Source: a virus. From it: a DNA stretch of 64,000 nucleotides. The notes beneath the pieces are model-generated. The model saw only the letters and a list, made by a program, of their open reading frames with translations. It did not search any database and had not been told where the DNA came from. Position 1 is the stretch's first letter; each line of letters opens with the position of its first letter. The translations under genes were made by a program, and so were the position numbers. This document shows positions 34,227 through 43,928 of the stretch, piece by piece. The stretch is from positions 103,998 to 167,997 of IMG/VR virus record IMGVR_UViG_3300027896_000011, one strand, 5' to 3'.

Positions 34227-34784
34227 ATGGATGATACGCAGATTAAAATGGCTGCGATGGAAGAATATAGAGCAGCTCTTATTGAGTATATGGACGCGCA
34301 AAAGAAATTAAAAGAGAAGTGGCAGAAGTGTTCAAATAAAGGTACAACTTTTTCACCACCGGAGGCATTACGTTTTCGATTGCCGGATGATCGAAGGAGT
34401 CTTACCCATAAAGTACATTTTATGGTTGATGGAGAAGAGCTGAATATGTACATTCAGCCTTCTTTTTTTGAAAATGGTAAGCTTGGTGAGGTATTTTTAA
34501 AGGCAGATAAGCAAGGGTCTTTTGCCTCTGGTCTGGTAGACGGCTTATCCATCCTCATGTCATTAGCGTTACAATATGGTGTTCCTGCGGAACACATTAT
34601 AGAAAAATTGAAAGGCACCTCTTCTAGTGTTATATCTGTAATGGGTGCTCCAGCTAAGGTGCGGATGCCAAAGAGTATACTGGATTATATAGCTCGTTAC
34701 CTTGAACGAGCTATTAAAATTCAAAACGGAGAGATAGGGATTGGTAAGCTGGAAGAGATAAAGATCGATCAGAACATGGGATAA
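34227..34784 (+). CDS. TSCPD-domain protein (class II RNR C-terminal, NrdJb-like)
   Basis: RLPDDR.SLTHK...GEVF...SLALQYGVP...SILDYIARYL. Confidence 0.8.
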   Translation: MDDTQIKMAAMEEYRAALIEYMDAQKKLKEKWQKCSNKGTTFSPPEALRFRLPDDRRSLTHKVHFMVDGEELNMYIQPSFFENGKLGEVFLKADKQGSFASGLVDGLSILMSLALQYGVPAEHIIEKLKGTSSSVISVMGAPAKVRMPKSILDYIARYLERAIKIQNGEIGIGKLEEIKIDQNMG

Positions 34785-34875
34785 GTATTATAGTCAGAAA
34801 AGTAATGCTGCTTTTCTAGGGTTGACTCAGAGATCAATCTAAGTCAGTCTAAAATTACATAATACGAGGTGTCAC

Positions 34876-35595
34876 ATGGCTCTATCCCTAATAGTGACGG
34901 CAATTTTGGTGTTGTCCCCTGCAAAGGTTGCAGATGTCGCGATTACTTATGCCGGTAGTATTGAGCGACAGTCTAGGGCGCAATCTTTAGATCCTCTTTT
35001 AACAGCCTCACTTATACATGTTGAGACTGGAGGACAGTGGAGCGCTACCATGGTTAGTAAGAGTAATGACTATGGGCTTATGCAGCCTCATGTAAGTCGT
35101 ACTACTAACTCAGAGTACCTAGGGTATGAAGAATTGTTGTTCATTCCGGAAATAAATATTGCAGTAGGCACTAAGATGCTTGCGTACTGGAAGCAATATC
35201 ATAAGCGATGTAAGACACGTCATCATTGGTGGTCCCATTATAAATGGGGAATAAACGTTAAGAATGACTTATATGGGCAAAAAGTAGCTAGTGTGTATGC
35301 GCGGGTTAAACGAATTAAATTGGTAGCGACGGAGGAACATGATTATAGCAATAGAAGGATTGGATGCTTCTGGGAAAGCGACACAGGCGGAAGCGGTAGC
35401 ACAGGAGTTACAGCCCTCAACCGTTATCTCATTCCCGAGGTACGATGGACCGTTTGGGACCGCCATAATGAATCATTTAAAGGAGAATGTGGTCTTTTGC
35501 GACCGGGATACGACGGGAGCCTTGTCGCCATCACAAGACGACGCCGTAGTGTTCCAGGCGCTTATGACTATGGACAAGTACGATGCAGCATCTGA
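34876..35595 (+). CDS. lytic transglycosylase (SLT) with signal peptide
   Basis: LDPLL..SLIHVET...DYGLMQ...NIAVGT. Confidence 0.75.
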   Translation: MALSLIVTAILVLSPAKVADVAITYAGSIERQSRAQSLDPLLTASLIHVETGGQWSATMVSKSNDYGLMQPHVSRTTNSEYLGYEELLFIPEINIAVGTKMLAYWKQYHKRCKTRHHWWSHYKWGINVKNDLYGQKVASVYARVKRIKLVATEEHDYSNRRIGCFWESDTGGSGSTGVTALNRYLIPEVRWTVWDRHNESFKGECGLLRPGYDGSLVAITRRRRSVPGAYDYGQVRCSI

Positions 35596-35977
35596 ATTGA
35601 TAGCATTAGACCGGAAGGGGCAGTTTGTAATACTTGACCGTTATTGGCCTTCTGCTTGTTGTTATGGGGCGGATGATGGATTGGATTTTGGTTCTATGCT
35701 TAGAATCAATTCTTGTTTACCGCCCGCAGACTTGTATGTGTTGCTAGACATATCTGTTGAGAAAGCAGCAGGTAGAAGGCCTAAAGCTCGAGACCGATAT
35801 GAGCGGGATAAAGAAAAGTTGGCTCGTATCAGAGATCGATATCTGTATATGTGGGACTTAATGGTCAATCGAAACGTGGCCGGGTCTATATGGGTAGTAT
35901 TGAACGGCCATTGTGAGGCTAAAGAAATAACACAAAGAATAGTGGGTTACGCTAAAGAAATAACAGAGTATAGGTAG
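35339..35977 (+). CDS. tmk: thymidylate kinase
   Basis: IAIEGLDASGKATQ P-loop; FPRY; ILDRY. Confidence 0.9.
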   Translation: MIIAIEGLDASGKATQAEAVAQELQPSTVISFPRYDGPFGTAIMNHLKENVVFCDRDTTGALSPSQDDAVVFQALMTMDKYDAASELIALDRKGQFVILDRYWPSACCYGADDGLDFGSMLRINSCLPPADLYVLLDISVEKAAGRRPKARDRYERDKEKLARIRDRYLYMWDLMVNRNVAGSIWVVLNGHCEAKEITQRIVGYAKEITEYR

Positions 35978-35978
35978 C

Positions 35979-36014
35979 CGAAGGTCCCCAGTTCTTAATG
36001 AATGGGGACCTTCG
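35979..36014. terminator. bidirectional terminator
   Basis: cgaaggtcccca/tggggaccttcg between convergent genes. Confidence 0.7.
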
Positions 36015-36020
36015 TATCGT

Positions 36021-36530
36021 CTACTTTGTACGAGCTTGTCTTTGTTTTTTATGAGTAGCTAATATTTCCCCTAAAGATACTTCGAGGGGTTTTGCTTCCG
36101 GTCGTTCTGTTTTCTTTGGTACGTTTTCTGGCATAGATGCCTCTGTAATTTCATTTGGAGGAACAAATCCTCTTGGGGCTAACCACGTTCCTATTGTTCG
36201 TATTTTACCGTTTACATAGTCCCATTCTCTAATCACCATTCTTTCTGCTTCTAGAGGATGTGTTCGTATCATTCTATCTATAACTTCCATCATCTCTACG
36301 TCACTTGGTAGCTCTTTTAAATCAAAGATCGGTTCATCATTTCGTGGTTCCGTTAAATCTGAATCTAGTGTTCGCACGCCTCTGCCTAACCCATTGCCCT
36401 TTAGTACAACGGTCCCTACAAGAACTCCTGGGGTAGTGCCACCATTATTGGTTTTGTACGCCTCTACAAATCTAAATCCTGCTCCGACAACTTTACATTT
36501 GATATACTCGAACCCTGGTGTATTACGCAT
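36021..36530 (-). CDS. hypothetical protein
   Basis: RBS AAGGAGG; promoter at 36585. Confidence 0.7.
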   Translation of the reverse strand: MRNTPGFEYIKCKVVGAGFRFVEAYKTNNGGTTPGVLVGTVVLKGNGLGRGVRTLDSDLTEPRNDEPIFDLKELPSDVEMMEVIDRMIRTHPLEAERMVIREWDYVNGKIRTIGTWLAPRGFVPPNEITEASMPENVPKKTERPEAKPLEVSLGEILATHKKQRQARTK

Positions 36531-36612
36531 TCTGCCTCCTTGTATTACGTGGGGAAAAATCTAAAAGAGTTTCTAACTAGTTTCCTTATACCGGACAATT
36601 AAGGAGATTTTC

Positions 36613-37209
36613 ATGGAACAAATTGGAATCGATGAGGCGGGGGTAGGTACTTTGGCAGGTCCGTTGGTCGTAGCTATAGTAGTACTACCTATGGGTAGTT
36701 CTTTGCCCGGAGTTAAAGATTCAAAGAAAATGACAGATGCTACTAGAGAAGCTTTAATAGATTCTATTTATGCTACGGCTGAGGATAGCTTTATCAGTTA
36801 TGCTGAAGTGTATGACATAGACCAGTATGGAGTGTGGAATGCTTGGGACCGCTTGTGCGTCGAACTGGTGATGTACGCACAAAGTAGATTTCCGGACAGA
36901 AAAGTGCTAGTAGATGGAGTACGTAAAGTGCCAGAAGTACATAACACGGTGTCAGTTGTTCACGGAGATAGTAAGCACTTGTGTATTTCCGCAGCATCCG
37001 TGCTAGCAAAGTATGGACAATGTCTACATATGGACATATTACATAAAGTGTACCCCATGTACGGTTTTGATAAACACCGTGGTTACGCTAGTGCGGAGCA
37101 CATAGAAGCCATTAAAGAATATGGAGCGATTTTAAACGTACATAGAAAGAAGTACGTAGAAACTTTAGCAAGCAACAAGAGGTTCAAATTAAAATGGAAG
37201 AAGAAGTGA
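36613..37209 (+). CDS. rnhB: ribonuclease HII
   Basis: GIDEAG.G.LAGP; VKDSKK; ISAASVLAK; YGFDKHRGY. Confidence 0.92.
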   Translation: MEQIGIDEAGVGTLAGPLVVAIVVLPMGSSLPGVKDSKKMTDATREALIDSIYATAEDSFISYAEVYDIDQYGVWNAWDRLCVELVMYAQSRFPDRKVLVDGVRKVPEVHNTVSVVHGDSKHLCISAASVLAKYGQCLHMDILHKVYPMYGFDKHRGYASAEHIEAIKEYGAILNVHRKKYVETLASNKRFKLKWKKK

Positions 37210-37469
37210 ATGAGTTGTTTTCAGTGTGTTGGTTTGAGACGAGAACAGCGTCTAAGTATGTGCTACCTGATATGCGGACTACGGACATAGACTGGCTTTG
37301 TAGTCAGTTGGACGATGATAAAAGCGATACTATAACTGCTATAAACGTGAGCGGTGTAGTCATGATTTTACCTAAGAATATTCTTGTAAAAGCAGGAACA
37401 GGTGCTCGTTGTTTTTGGGAGGCAGGATGCAAAAAGTTAACCCCACCAGGGGAATACCAAAAGGATTAG
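37194..37469 (+). CDS. hypothetical protein
   Basis: ORF in operon. Confidence 0.55.
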   Translation: MEEEVNELFSVCWFETRTASKYVLPDMRTTDIDWLCSQLDDDKSDTITAINVSGVVMILPKNILVKAGTGARCFWEAGCKKLTPPGEYQKD

Positions 37470-37708
37470 AGTGCGTAAATTGTGATGCTTCTTTGAGCAA
37501 CATGGCCAAGGTCAGAAAACTTGATACCATCCTTTTATGTGAGCGGTGTTATGCTATAGCAGACCACCTACTCGAAAAATGTCGTAAAGACTTGGCTAAA
37601 ACGTTAGACGTGTATACTAGAATTCTTGTAGCTGCTGCCATGGAAAAGAGGTTACAATTACCGAATGCCAAAACAAAAGAAAAGGCCCCAATGCCGAGTA
37701 CGGTGTAA
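37427..37708 (+). CDS. Zn-finger hypothetical protein
   Basis: CVNC/CERC. Confidence 0.55.
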   Translation: MQKVNPTRGIPKGLECVNCDASLSNMAKVRKLDTILLCERCYAIADHLLEKCRKDLAKTLDVYTRILVAAAMEKRLQLPNAKTKEKAPMPSTV

Positions 37709-37883
37709 ACATTGTAACGCTGAGTTAGATGTCGATATGGAGCAATACAATGTAGGGGACGAGCTCCTACCCTACGCTGGCGGAGGAAATTATGGGTATT
37801 GCTGGCGGTGTAAGAAAAAAGGGATTATAGTGATCAGTGTACCTAGAAGCCTGCCGAATAAGGCTGTAGGATGGAACCTGTAA
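37665..37883 (+). CDS. Zn-ribbon hypothetical protein
   Basis: CKHC/CWRC. Confidence 0.55.
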   Translation: MPKQKKRPQCRVRCKHCNAELDVDMEQYNVGDELLPYAGGGNYGYCWRCKKKGIIVISVPRSLPNKAVGWNL

Positions 37884-38302
37884 GTAAAGCTAGCGCTACT
37901 ATAAGCAAGGGAGAGCTGATTGCTACGGCACGGCTCCCCTTGTACTCTTTTTTAGCCCCCTTTTTTCCGGAAGCAGATAAAATAGAGTTGTATTACTTTA
38001 AGACTATCCAGCTCAAGTCTTATATCGTTTATGAACATATGGCAGGTAGAGCTTTATCATACTATCTGGATGGTTCAGACCTCTTAATAGATAAACCGGG
38101 AGAGCCGGAAAAGACAATATCAGATCTAAAGTTCATTCATGGTCGTAGCGAGGTTATGCGTGGAAGACAAACGGTATCCGCAGTTTTACTTGCTAAATTG
38201 CACTTCGTTACCCCTACGGTAGACCCATCCTGGCAGTTTAATATTCCGGAAATCTATAAGAAATTCATGATGTTACCTGAGTCAGAAAAAATAAGTACTT
38301 GA
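37871..38302 (+). CDS. hypothetical protein
   Basis: ORF in operon. Confidence 0.55.
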   Translation: MEPVSKASATISKGELIATARLPLYSFLAPFFPEADKIELYYFKTIQLKSYIVYEHMAGRALSYYLDGSDLLIDKPGEPEKTISDLKFIHGRSEVMRGRQTVSAVLLAKLHFVTPTVDPSWQFNIPEIYKKFMMLPESEKIST

Positions 38303-38335
38303 CGAGTACATACGTTGTGTGTATTCTTTGAGGAC

Positions 38336-38617
38336 ATGAGAGAAGCATTACCTCCTACCTCTGCAGATCAAGTACGCCCCCCAATAAAGCCGTGCATCAC
38401 CCAAGATCAACTTGATGAGTATTGGGATCAACGGGGATTGAAGTATCAGATTGACGCCCTACATAGGACTTGTCTGAGCTTTGGAATGAATGTGGCCGTA
38501 GATCGCCCTAAGTTTAGAGGGATGCTCTACAGCCTACTACAGAACTTTTTAGTTCTTGGGCAGTCTAAGCTGGACCCCAAAAAAGAACCATTACCGCGCT
38601 GGCCAAAGGTTAGATAA
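38336..38617 (+). CDS. hypothetical protein
   Basis: TTGACG-17-TATTCT promoter at 38299. Confidence 0.55.
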   Translation: MREALPPTSADQVRPPIKPCITQDQLDEYWDQRGLKYQIDALHRTCLSFGMNVAVDRPKFRGMLYSLLQNFLVLGQSKLDPKKEPLPRWPKVR

Positions 38618-39673
38618 ATGAATACAAAAGATCGAAATACTGTGAGTTTTTCTAAACCACCTGTAGAGGTAATCAAGAGTATGCCTAATAGAAATCTATC
38701 TTCAGAACAACAGGCCCAAAGAGATATGATGGATCAGATCAAGTCTGGAGGTAGACCTGTAGGAGGAGTTCCTCCTGTTAAAATTCCTCCGCTAGATGCA
38801 GAGCCATTGAAGGGTGGAGGCACTATGGCATCTCAAGCAGTCCCTCTTTCAGACCCGAGAAATCCTCTTAGCCCCATATACAGCCCAGAATTAGCGGCTA
38901 TGGCGGCTAAACAAGGTGGTCCATTTACTACGTTGCCAGAAGAAGCTAAGCAAGACCCACGTTTTAGACCAGGCGTGGGTTCTATGATTGCCGAGAATCA
39001 ACCACAGCTAGCTGCACCACCTGCTCCTTCAGCAGAGCGTAAACCTATTTTGCGGGAAGAAACAAAAAGAGATTTAGAGAAGTTAGCTTCTTTCCAGCAA
39101 ACAGCTGAGAATATCCAACAGAAGACATTAGATGAACAAGACAAAAAGATCGAAGAAGAAATTACTAAAGATTCAGCAACGTACTCTACAGAGATAAACG
39201 CTATTCTTAATGATGATGACATTAACCTTCTTAATAATCCGACTCGTCGTAAAGATATAGAAAGCAGGTTGTCCCCTCTTAATATAGAAGACATTTTGAT
39301 CTATGGGGAGTTGAGACAAGAAGTGTCTGTAGTGCCGGGTAAGACTAAATACGAGTTCAGGTCTACTACTGGAGAAGAAGATCTAGCGGTTAAACGTATG
39401 ATGTATGGTGAAACTGGTGGGGATAGATACATGATAGATAAGTTCGGTTTGATGAACTTAGCTTTAGGGTTGGTATCTTTAAATGGTATGGCTCTTCCTT
39501 CTCATCTTAATGATAAAAAGCGTTTTGATGAGACCTTGTTCATTAGGAAGTATGAAGCGTTAATGAAGTTCCCGGTACAGTTATTGGCAGATTTATCTGT
39601 CCAGTATATGTGGTTTGATCAGCGTATACGGAGGTTATTTGTTAAGTCTGCGGAGGCGTTAAAAAACTCTTAG
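38618..39673 (+). CDS. putative tail assembly chaperone (G-like), Pro-rich N-terminus
   Basis: Ends at slippery A AAA AAC with an open -1 frame. Confidence 0.6.
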   Translation: MNTKDRNTVSFSKPPVEVIKSMPNRNLSSEQQAQRDMMDQIKSGGRPVGGVPPVKIPPLDAEPLKGGGTMASQAVPLSDPRNPLSPIYSPELAAMAAKQGGPFTTLPEEAKQDPRFRPGVGSMIAENQPQLAAPPAPSAERKPILREETKRDLEKLASFQQTAENIQQKTLDEQDKKIEEEITKDSATYSTEINAILNDDDINLLNNPTRRKDIESRLSPLNIEDILIYGELRQEVSVVPGKTKYEFRSTTGEEDLAVKRMMYGETGGDRYMIDKFGLMNLALGLVSLNGMALPSHLNDKKRFDETLFIRKYEALMKFPVQLLADLSVQYMWFDQRIRRLFVKSAEALKNS

Positions 39674-40059
39674 CGACTCCACTAGGATGGGCTCGAGCTA
39701 ACTTATTTTATGACAAGCTAGTAGAGCCTCCTACGCCAGGTACTATGTTGGAGTCGCTAATGTTGTTGGTATGGAAATCAAGGCAAGAAATACGGCTGTA
39801 TGAGACAAAGGCAGTAGTTAACGCGATTATGATTGCTGGACAGCCACCTAAAGATGAGCTCAATAAGCTCATGCAAGAAAGCTGGGATGCATATATAGAC
39901 AACATTTATCCATATAGTAAGGGTAAAGCAAAGACTCAAGATCAAAAGGCTATAGAATTTATGAGACAAGAAATCAGTAAAGGACCTTTGAAAGTTACAC
40001 CACTTGAGCCATTAACTAATGCGGGTAAACGTAGGAGAAAGGATATGCGTCATGGGTAG
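39661..40059 (+). CDS. -1 frameshift extension (GT-like)
   Basis: The -1 frame is open from 39661 through the 39745 ORF. Confidence 0.6.
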   Translation, partial: KKLLATPLGWARANLFYDKLVEPPTPGTMLESLMLLVWKSRQEIRLYETKAVVNAIMIAGQPPKDELNKLMQESWDAYIDNIYPYSKGKAKTQDQKAIEFMRQEISKGPLKVTPLEPLTNAGKRRRKDMRHG

Positions 40060-40435
40060 CGTCCGACTATGTCCTGTGTGTGGTTCTGGTAAGGTTTTGG
40101 TTGCCAGAGATATTAAAAGTAGATTAGCGACAACTCCTAATGGGCATTGCAGTTCGTGTAAGTGGGTAGGTCCAGAAAAAGATTTGGTTGTACGTGAATT
40201 AGAATTAGGTCAAGCAGATGAGATTGCAAAATCAGTAGCAGAAGATCTGGTGATGCAATTAGCCATTAAAGCCGGAGTAGGTATAGGAGATGCGATTATT
40301 ACAGCAGGCTTAATAGGTAAAGATGAAAGTAAAGTGTTGGCTCGATTAATACGCACAGCAGTCTTTGCTGCGTATAAAGCAGTGCTTGAAGAGGTAGATA
40401 TGATGCAACAGGAGATTAAACATGATTCGCAATGA
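40052..40435 (+). CDS. Zn-ribbon hypothetical protein
   Basis: CPVCGS/CSSC. Confidence 0.6.
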   Translation: MGSVRLCPVCGSGKVLVARDIKSRLATTPNGHCSSCKWVGPEKDLVVRELELGQADEIAKSVAEDLVMQLAIKAGVGIGDAIITAGLIGKDESKVLARLIRTAVFAAYKAVLEEVDMMQQEIKHDSQ

Positions 40436-40706
40436 AGATGATGTACCGTTTTTACATCGTCCGGAAGAACATGAGGTGGGTGCAGTAGATGAGTTGTACT
40501 GTTGGCTACCTGGTTCTGGAGATAGAGAATGTAATGGTAGTTGTGTGGCGTATGACAACAGGTATCTATCAGATCAGAAATTCACATCCTGTATGGCGCT
40601 GAACACTATACGGTCTATGGGGTTATCTATTGGTAAACAGGCGAATGCAGCTACAGCGCATCTAATTAAAGTTGATGCACCTAAGCCTCCAAAGGTGGGT
40701 CCATGA
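40422..40706 (+). CDS. hypothetical protein
   Basis: Coupled ORF. Confidence 0.6.
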   Translation: MIRNEDDVPFLHRPEEHEVGAVDELYCWLPGSGDRECNGSCVAYDNRYLSDQKFTSCMALNTIRSMGLSIGKQANAATAHLIKVDAPKPPKVGP

Positions 40707-41089
40707 GAATAGTAGGTTTTGCGCAAACAATGCGTCTTGATAGCAGTAATGCACAAGAAGGCTATGAGATCAAACTTCTTTTAGATAGTGGTCTGGAGGC
40801 GACTCTCCCAACTAGTCAAGAGACAGTGTTAGCACTTACTAAGTTGTGGGCAGAGAATAGAAACGCAATATCGAAAATACGCCCTAAGCCTGCTCAAGAA
40901 GTTGAAGACGTACAACACTTTTCTCCCCCTCCACCTATTGATAATGTTGAGGAAGAAACTGTTGTCTTTGGTGGGTCTTCTACAGTGGTGACGGATGAAA
41001 TGGGATACCCAGTGGTACCTCCAAAAGTAGAGAGTATGCCGCGTCCTAGGTTTTTAGATAATGATGATGAGGATGGCAAGCAGGTATGA
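40703..41089 (+). CDS. hypothetical protein
   Basis: ATGA-coupled. Confidence 0.6.
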   Translation: MRIVGFAQTMRLDSSNAQEGYEIKLLLDSGLEATLPTSQETVLALTKLWAENRNAISKIRPKPAQEVEDVQHFSPPPPIDNVEEETVVFGGSSTVVTDEMGYPVVPPKVESMPRPRFLDNDDEDGKQV

Positions 41090-41442
41090 GTGAGAAAGAG
41101 ATGAATACGTTAGTCCTAGAGTATAGTCGAAAACCTATGACTACTAATTACACAGCTACAGTACATGGAGGTTATACGGATGAGGTAACAAAGTCAGTAG
41201 ATTGTACTAGTACGCTCCGTGTATTAACTGAAGTGAAGATTCCAGATATTTTAGAAGTGTTACAGAGTTACATTATCGAGTACCCAGATGCTCGAGTATT
41301 TATGCTGCAAACGCCATATCAGGATAAGTTTACACGAGTATTACCAATGCATGAATTAAGTGACTCTATGAAAGAGCTAATTCGTGATCAGTTACCAGAA
41401 GCGATACGGGCATTTTCGCCCATAATAGTCAAAAAGGAGTAG
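41086..41442 (+). CDS. hypothetical protein
   Basis: ATGA-coupled. Confidence 0.6.
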   Translation: MSEKEMNTLVLEYSRKPMTTNYTATVHGGYTDEVTKSVDCTSTLRVLTEVKIPDILEVLQSYIIEYPDARVFMLQTPYQDKFTRVLPMHELSDSMKELIRDQLPEAIRAFSPIIVKKE

Positions 41443-41445
41443 ACA

Positions 41446-41766
41446 ATGAGCAACCAACGAAATCGATTAATGGAACAACCTAGTGAACCTAATTATAAGA
41501 GTGCAGGTGCTGTTGCCCCACTAGAGCTTTATGTAGTGGGTGATATCACTGATGGTGAGGGGCAGGTTACTCCTTCGCGTGTTGTGTGCCGTATTAAAGG
41601 CACTCAGAAGTTTTTCTTCCCCTTTGTTAAGGGAGTAGAGGAAACCATGAAGTCTGTGGCTCCTTGGCTACAGAAAATACTGGAGGAGAAACTATCTCCT
41701 GAGGGTAGCAAGGCTGCTGTTCCATCAGATATGGATTCGTCAATAGCTACAGGGAGTCCTCTATAA
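41446..41766 (+). CDS. hypothetical protein
   Basis: RBS AAGGAG. Confidence 0.6.
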   Translation: MSNQRNRLMEQPSEPNYKSAGAVAPLELYVVGDITDGEGQVTPSRVVCRIKGTQKFFFPFVKGVEETMKSVAPWLQKILEEKLSPEGSKAAVPSDMDSSIATGSPL

Positions 41767-42104
41767 TGAAGTTATTGGGAGACGGTATATTAGTGTCTTT
41801 AGACCCGGAGAAGGACACTATGGCTTCGGGTTTACTTATTAAACCAGAGACCGCACATGAACATGTCTTTCGTACTGCAAAGGTAGTTCAAGTAGGCCCC
41901 GGCAAATATGTGCCAGGTAAGTCAATACGTCAACCAATGGAAGTGTCTCCTGGGGATGGGGTAGTCTTCATTAAGTTTGTAGCTACTAGTACAGAAACAG
42001 CTAAAGCAATTCAAAAAGAAATTGGTCAAGATCAGGCTATCATCCACCCAGATGACGTATTGCTTGTTTTTGATCATGATAATCATCCGGAGTTTAATCA
42101 ATGA
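41766..42104 (+). CDS. groES: GroES-like co-chaperonin
   Basis: LLGD.ILV....ASGLLI.P...AKVVQVGPG....MEV.PGD.VVF. Confidence 0.8.
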   Translation: MKLLGDGILVSLDPEKDTMASGLLIKPETAHEHVFRTAKVVQVGPGKYVPGKSIRQPMEVSPGDGVVFIKFVATSTETAKAIQKEIGQDQAIIHPDDVLLVFDHDNHPEFNQ

Positions 42105-42358
42105 GGGTAGTGAACGTAGGAGATACTGGAGTTGTTGAGCTCAATTTCATGTGGCTCCCTACGTTCATTAGTCAAAATATACCAATTATGCGAGAGCTTA
42201 AGAGAGATCTAGAGAAAGAATTTATAGGTAAGCAAATAACAGAACATACATTACACGCTATGCATAATTCAGTTATTTTATGGCTTCGTGCAAAGTTTCC
42301 TTTTGAGGGTCTTGATAAGTATTTGCATGCTATTGAAGAGGTAAGGGATGGCCAGTAA
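42101..42358 (+). CDS. hypothetical protein
   Basis: ATGA-coupled. Confidence 0.6.
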   Translation: MRVVNVGDTGVVELNFMWLPTFISQNIPIMRELKRDLEKEFIGKQITEHTLHAMHNSVILWLRAKFPFEGLDKYLHAIEEVRDGQ

Positions 42359-42536
42359 GGGTGTAACAGTACGCTCTAGACTCAATCTTAAGATTGATAA
42401 TGATCTGAAGGACTGGTCTATGGAGTATGCGCGTAAACGAAAGACTACTGTCACTAGTCTTATTTGTGCGTACTTTGCAGACTTAAGAGAAGAAGAACAG
42501 CGTGAAGCAAATGGAGAGCTAGTAGAGCAGATATGA
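42348..42536 (+). CDS. ribbon-helix-helix DNA-binding protein
   Basis: RLNLKID..LK....YA....TTVTSLI. Confidence 0.6.
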   Translation: MASKGVTVRSRLNLKIDNDLKDWSMEYARKRKTTVTSLICAYFADLREEEQREANGELVEQI

Positions 42537-43186
42537 GTGGTCTTGGAGGTACAACCCTACTGCAATTAGCTACCGCACAAGTAGAGTTGCCGGACAATAT
42601 AGATGGTATTGTTGAAAAGGTTAGAGAGATATTAATTAAAGGTAATATCCAGTCTATATCTATCCGGGAAGGGGAACCCATCACATATCAAAGAATGGCT
42701 TCTCCAGATGAAGTGGGGGTAGATCCGTTAGAGGAATGGACCTCAGATATCACATTAAGGGATATGTATCGAAACATAGAGATGGAGGAGTTTGATCTAA
42801 AAGAACAAGGGCTTGTAGGAGCTACTCCTCAGACTATATTGTTCTGGTCTATCTTTTACATAGAGCATGAAAATTTGATTCCAACGTATATGTTGATAAG
42901 TAAAGATAGTGACTTATGGCCCTGGGTCGGCTTGTCTAAAAGACAGGGACGTAAATTAAGTCGATTTATGGGGTTAAAGATAGAGAGAGATGAAACAGTT
43001 CCACCTAGTGCCATTATTTTTTTTGGGGCTAACTATCCAGGTGCGGGTGTTGGAGACGTTAAATTTGCATTGAAAGTAACTGCAGAGGTATCAAATGCAC
43101 AAACTGACAGAAAAGCTATTAGCAGCGGGAGTAATTCCGACTCAGGCGGTAGGTCTATTGAAGTTGTGGAACAGCCTTCCCGATGA
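42533..43186 (+). CDS. hypothetical protein
   Basis: 217-aa ORF. Confidence 0.65.
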   Translation: MSGLGGTTLLQLATAQVELPDNIDGIVEKVREILIKGNIQSISIREGEPITYQRMASPDEVGVDPLEEWTSDITLRDMYRNIEMEEFDLKEQGLVGATPQTILFWSIFYIEHENLIPTYMLISKDSDLWPWVGLSKRQGRKLSRFMGLKIERDETVPPSAIIFFGANYPGAGVGDVKFALKVTAEVSNAQTDRKAISSGSNSDSGGRSIEVVEQPSR

Positions 43187-43595
43187 TATGGCGGAAGACA
43201 TTAAACAGGCTAAGACTCAAGAAGAGCTTCTAAAATTAGTAGATGAGATGGCAGAAGTATTGGAAAAGGAAGAAGAAATACCTGAGCTTAGAGAAACAGA
43301 TCTAGATATTGAGCACACTAGAAAGACAGCTGTCGATGCGGCTATTGACGTTGATGTAGGACAGCATCAAAAATTGTACATAAATTCCCTACTAGGGGTT
43401 GCTAGGAATAACAAGTATGTTTATTTTATTGATTATTCGACACCAATGAAGAGAGCCGAAAGCAATTTGGTGGCCCGGAGAGGGAATATAATACGTATAG
43501 ATCAAAATAGGTATATGGTCGTTTCAGTAGAACCTAGGTATGTAGATGAAGCACTTAAGTACTATGTTCTAACTACGGAGAGTATGAATGCCTAA
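43095..43595 (+). CDS. hypothetical protein
   Basis: RBS GAGGT. Confidence 0.6.
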   Translation: MHKLTEKLLAAGVIPTQAVGLLKLWNSLPDDMAEDIKQAKTQEELLKLVDEMAEVLEKEEEIPELRETDLDIEHTRKTAVDAAIDVDVGQHQKLYINSLLGVARNNKYVYFIDYSTPMKRAESNLVARRGNIIRIDQNRYMVVSVEPRYVDEALKYYVLTTESMNA

Positions 43596-43920
43596 GTGTC
43601 ATGTGTGCCGTGGTTCAGTGAATTCGAATGATTTGATCTGGGTAGGTGATGCCCTTGCCTGCAGCAGTTGCCGAGAATTAAAAAGGGTAAAAGAGGAGAG
43701 TACAATGGCTGAAGAGAACAAGGCTGAGAAATTGATTGCGTCGTTTAGTATTAATGAGATATCAAGAGCTGACGGCACTAAAGACCATAAGTTCACCACT
43801 CAAGTTGGCTTTGGCGCATTTAATATGCAGTGGGAAGCCACCTTTGACCAAGTTCGGGATTTCTTTACTAAGCGCCGGGAAATTGAAAAGAATAAGAAAG
43901 CAAAGTTAACATCAGTTTAG
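43588..43920 (+). CDS. hypothetical protein with N-terminal Zn finger
   Basis: CHVC/CSSC. Confidence 0.55.
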   Translation: MPKCHVCRGSVNSNDLIWVGDALACSSCRELKRVKEESTMAEENKAEKLIASFSINEISRADGTKDHKFTTQVGFGAFNMQWEATFDQVRDFFTKRREIEKNKKAKLTSV

Positions 43921-43928
43921 GAGGGCCA

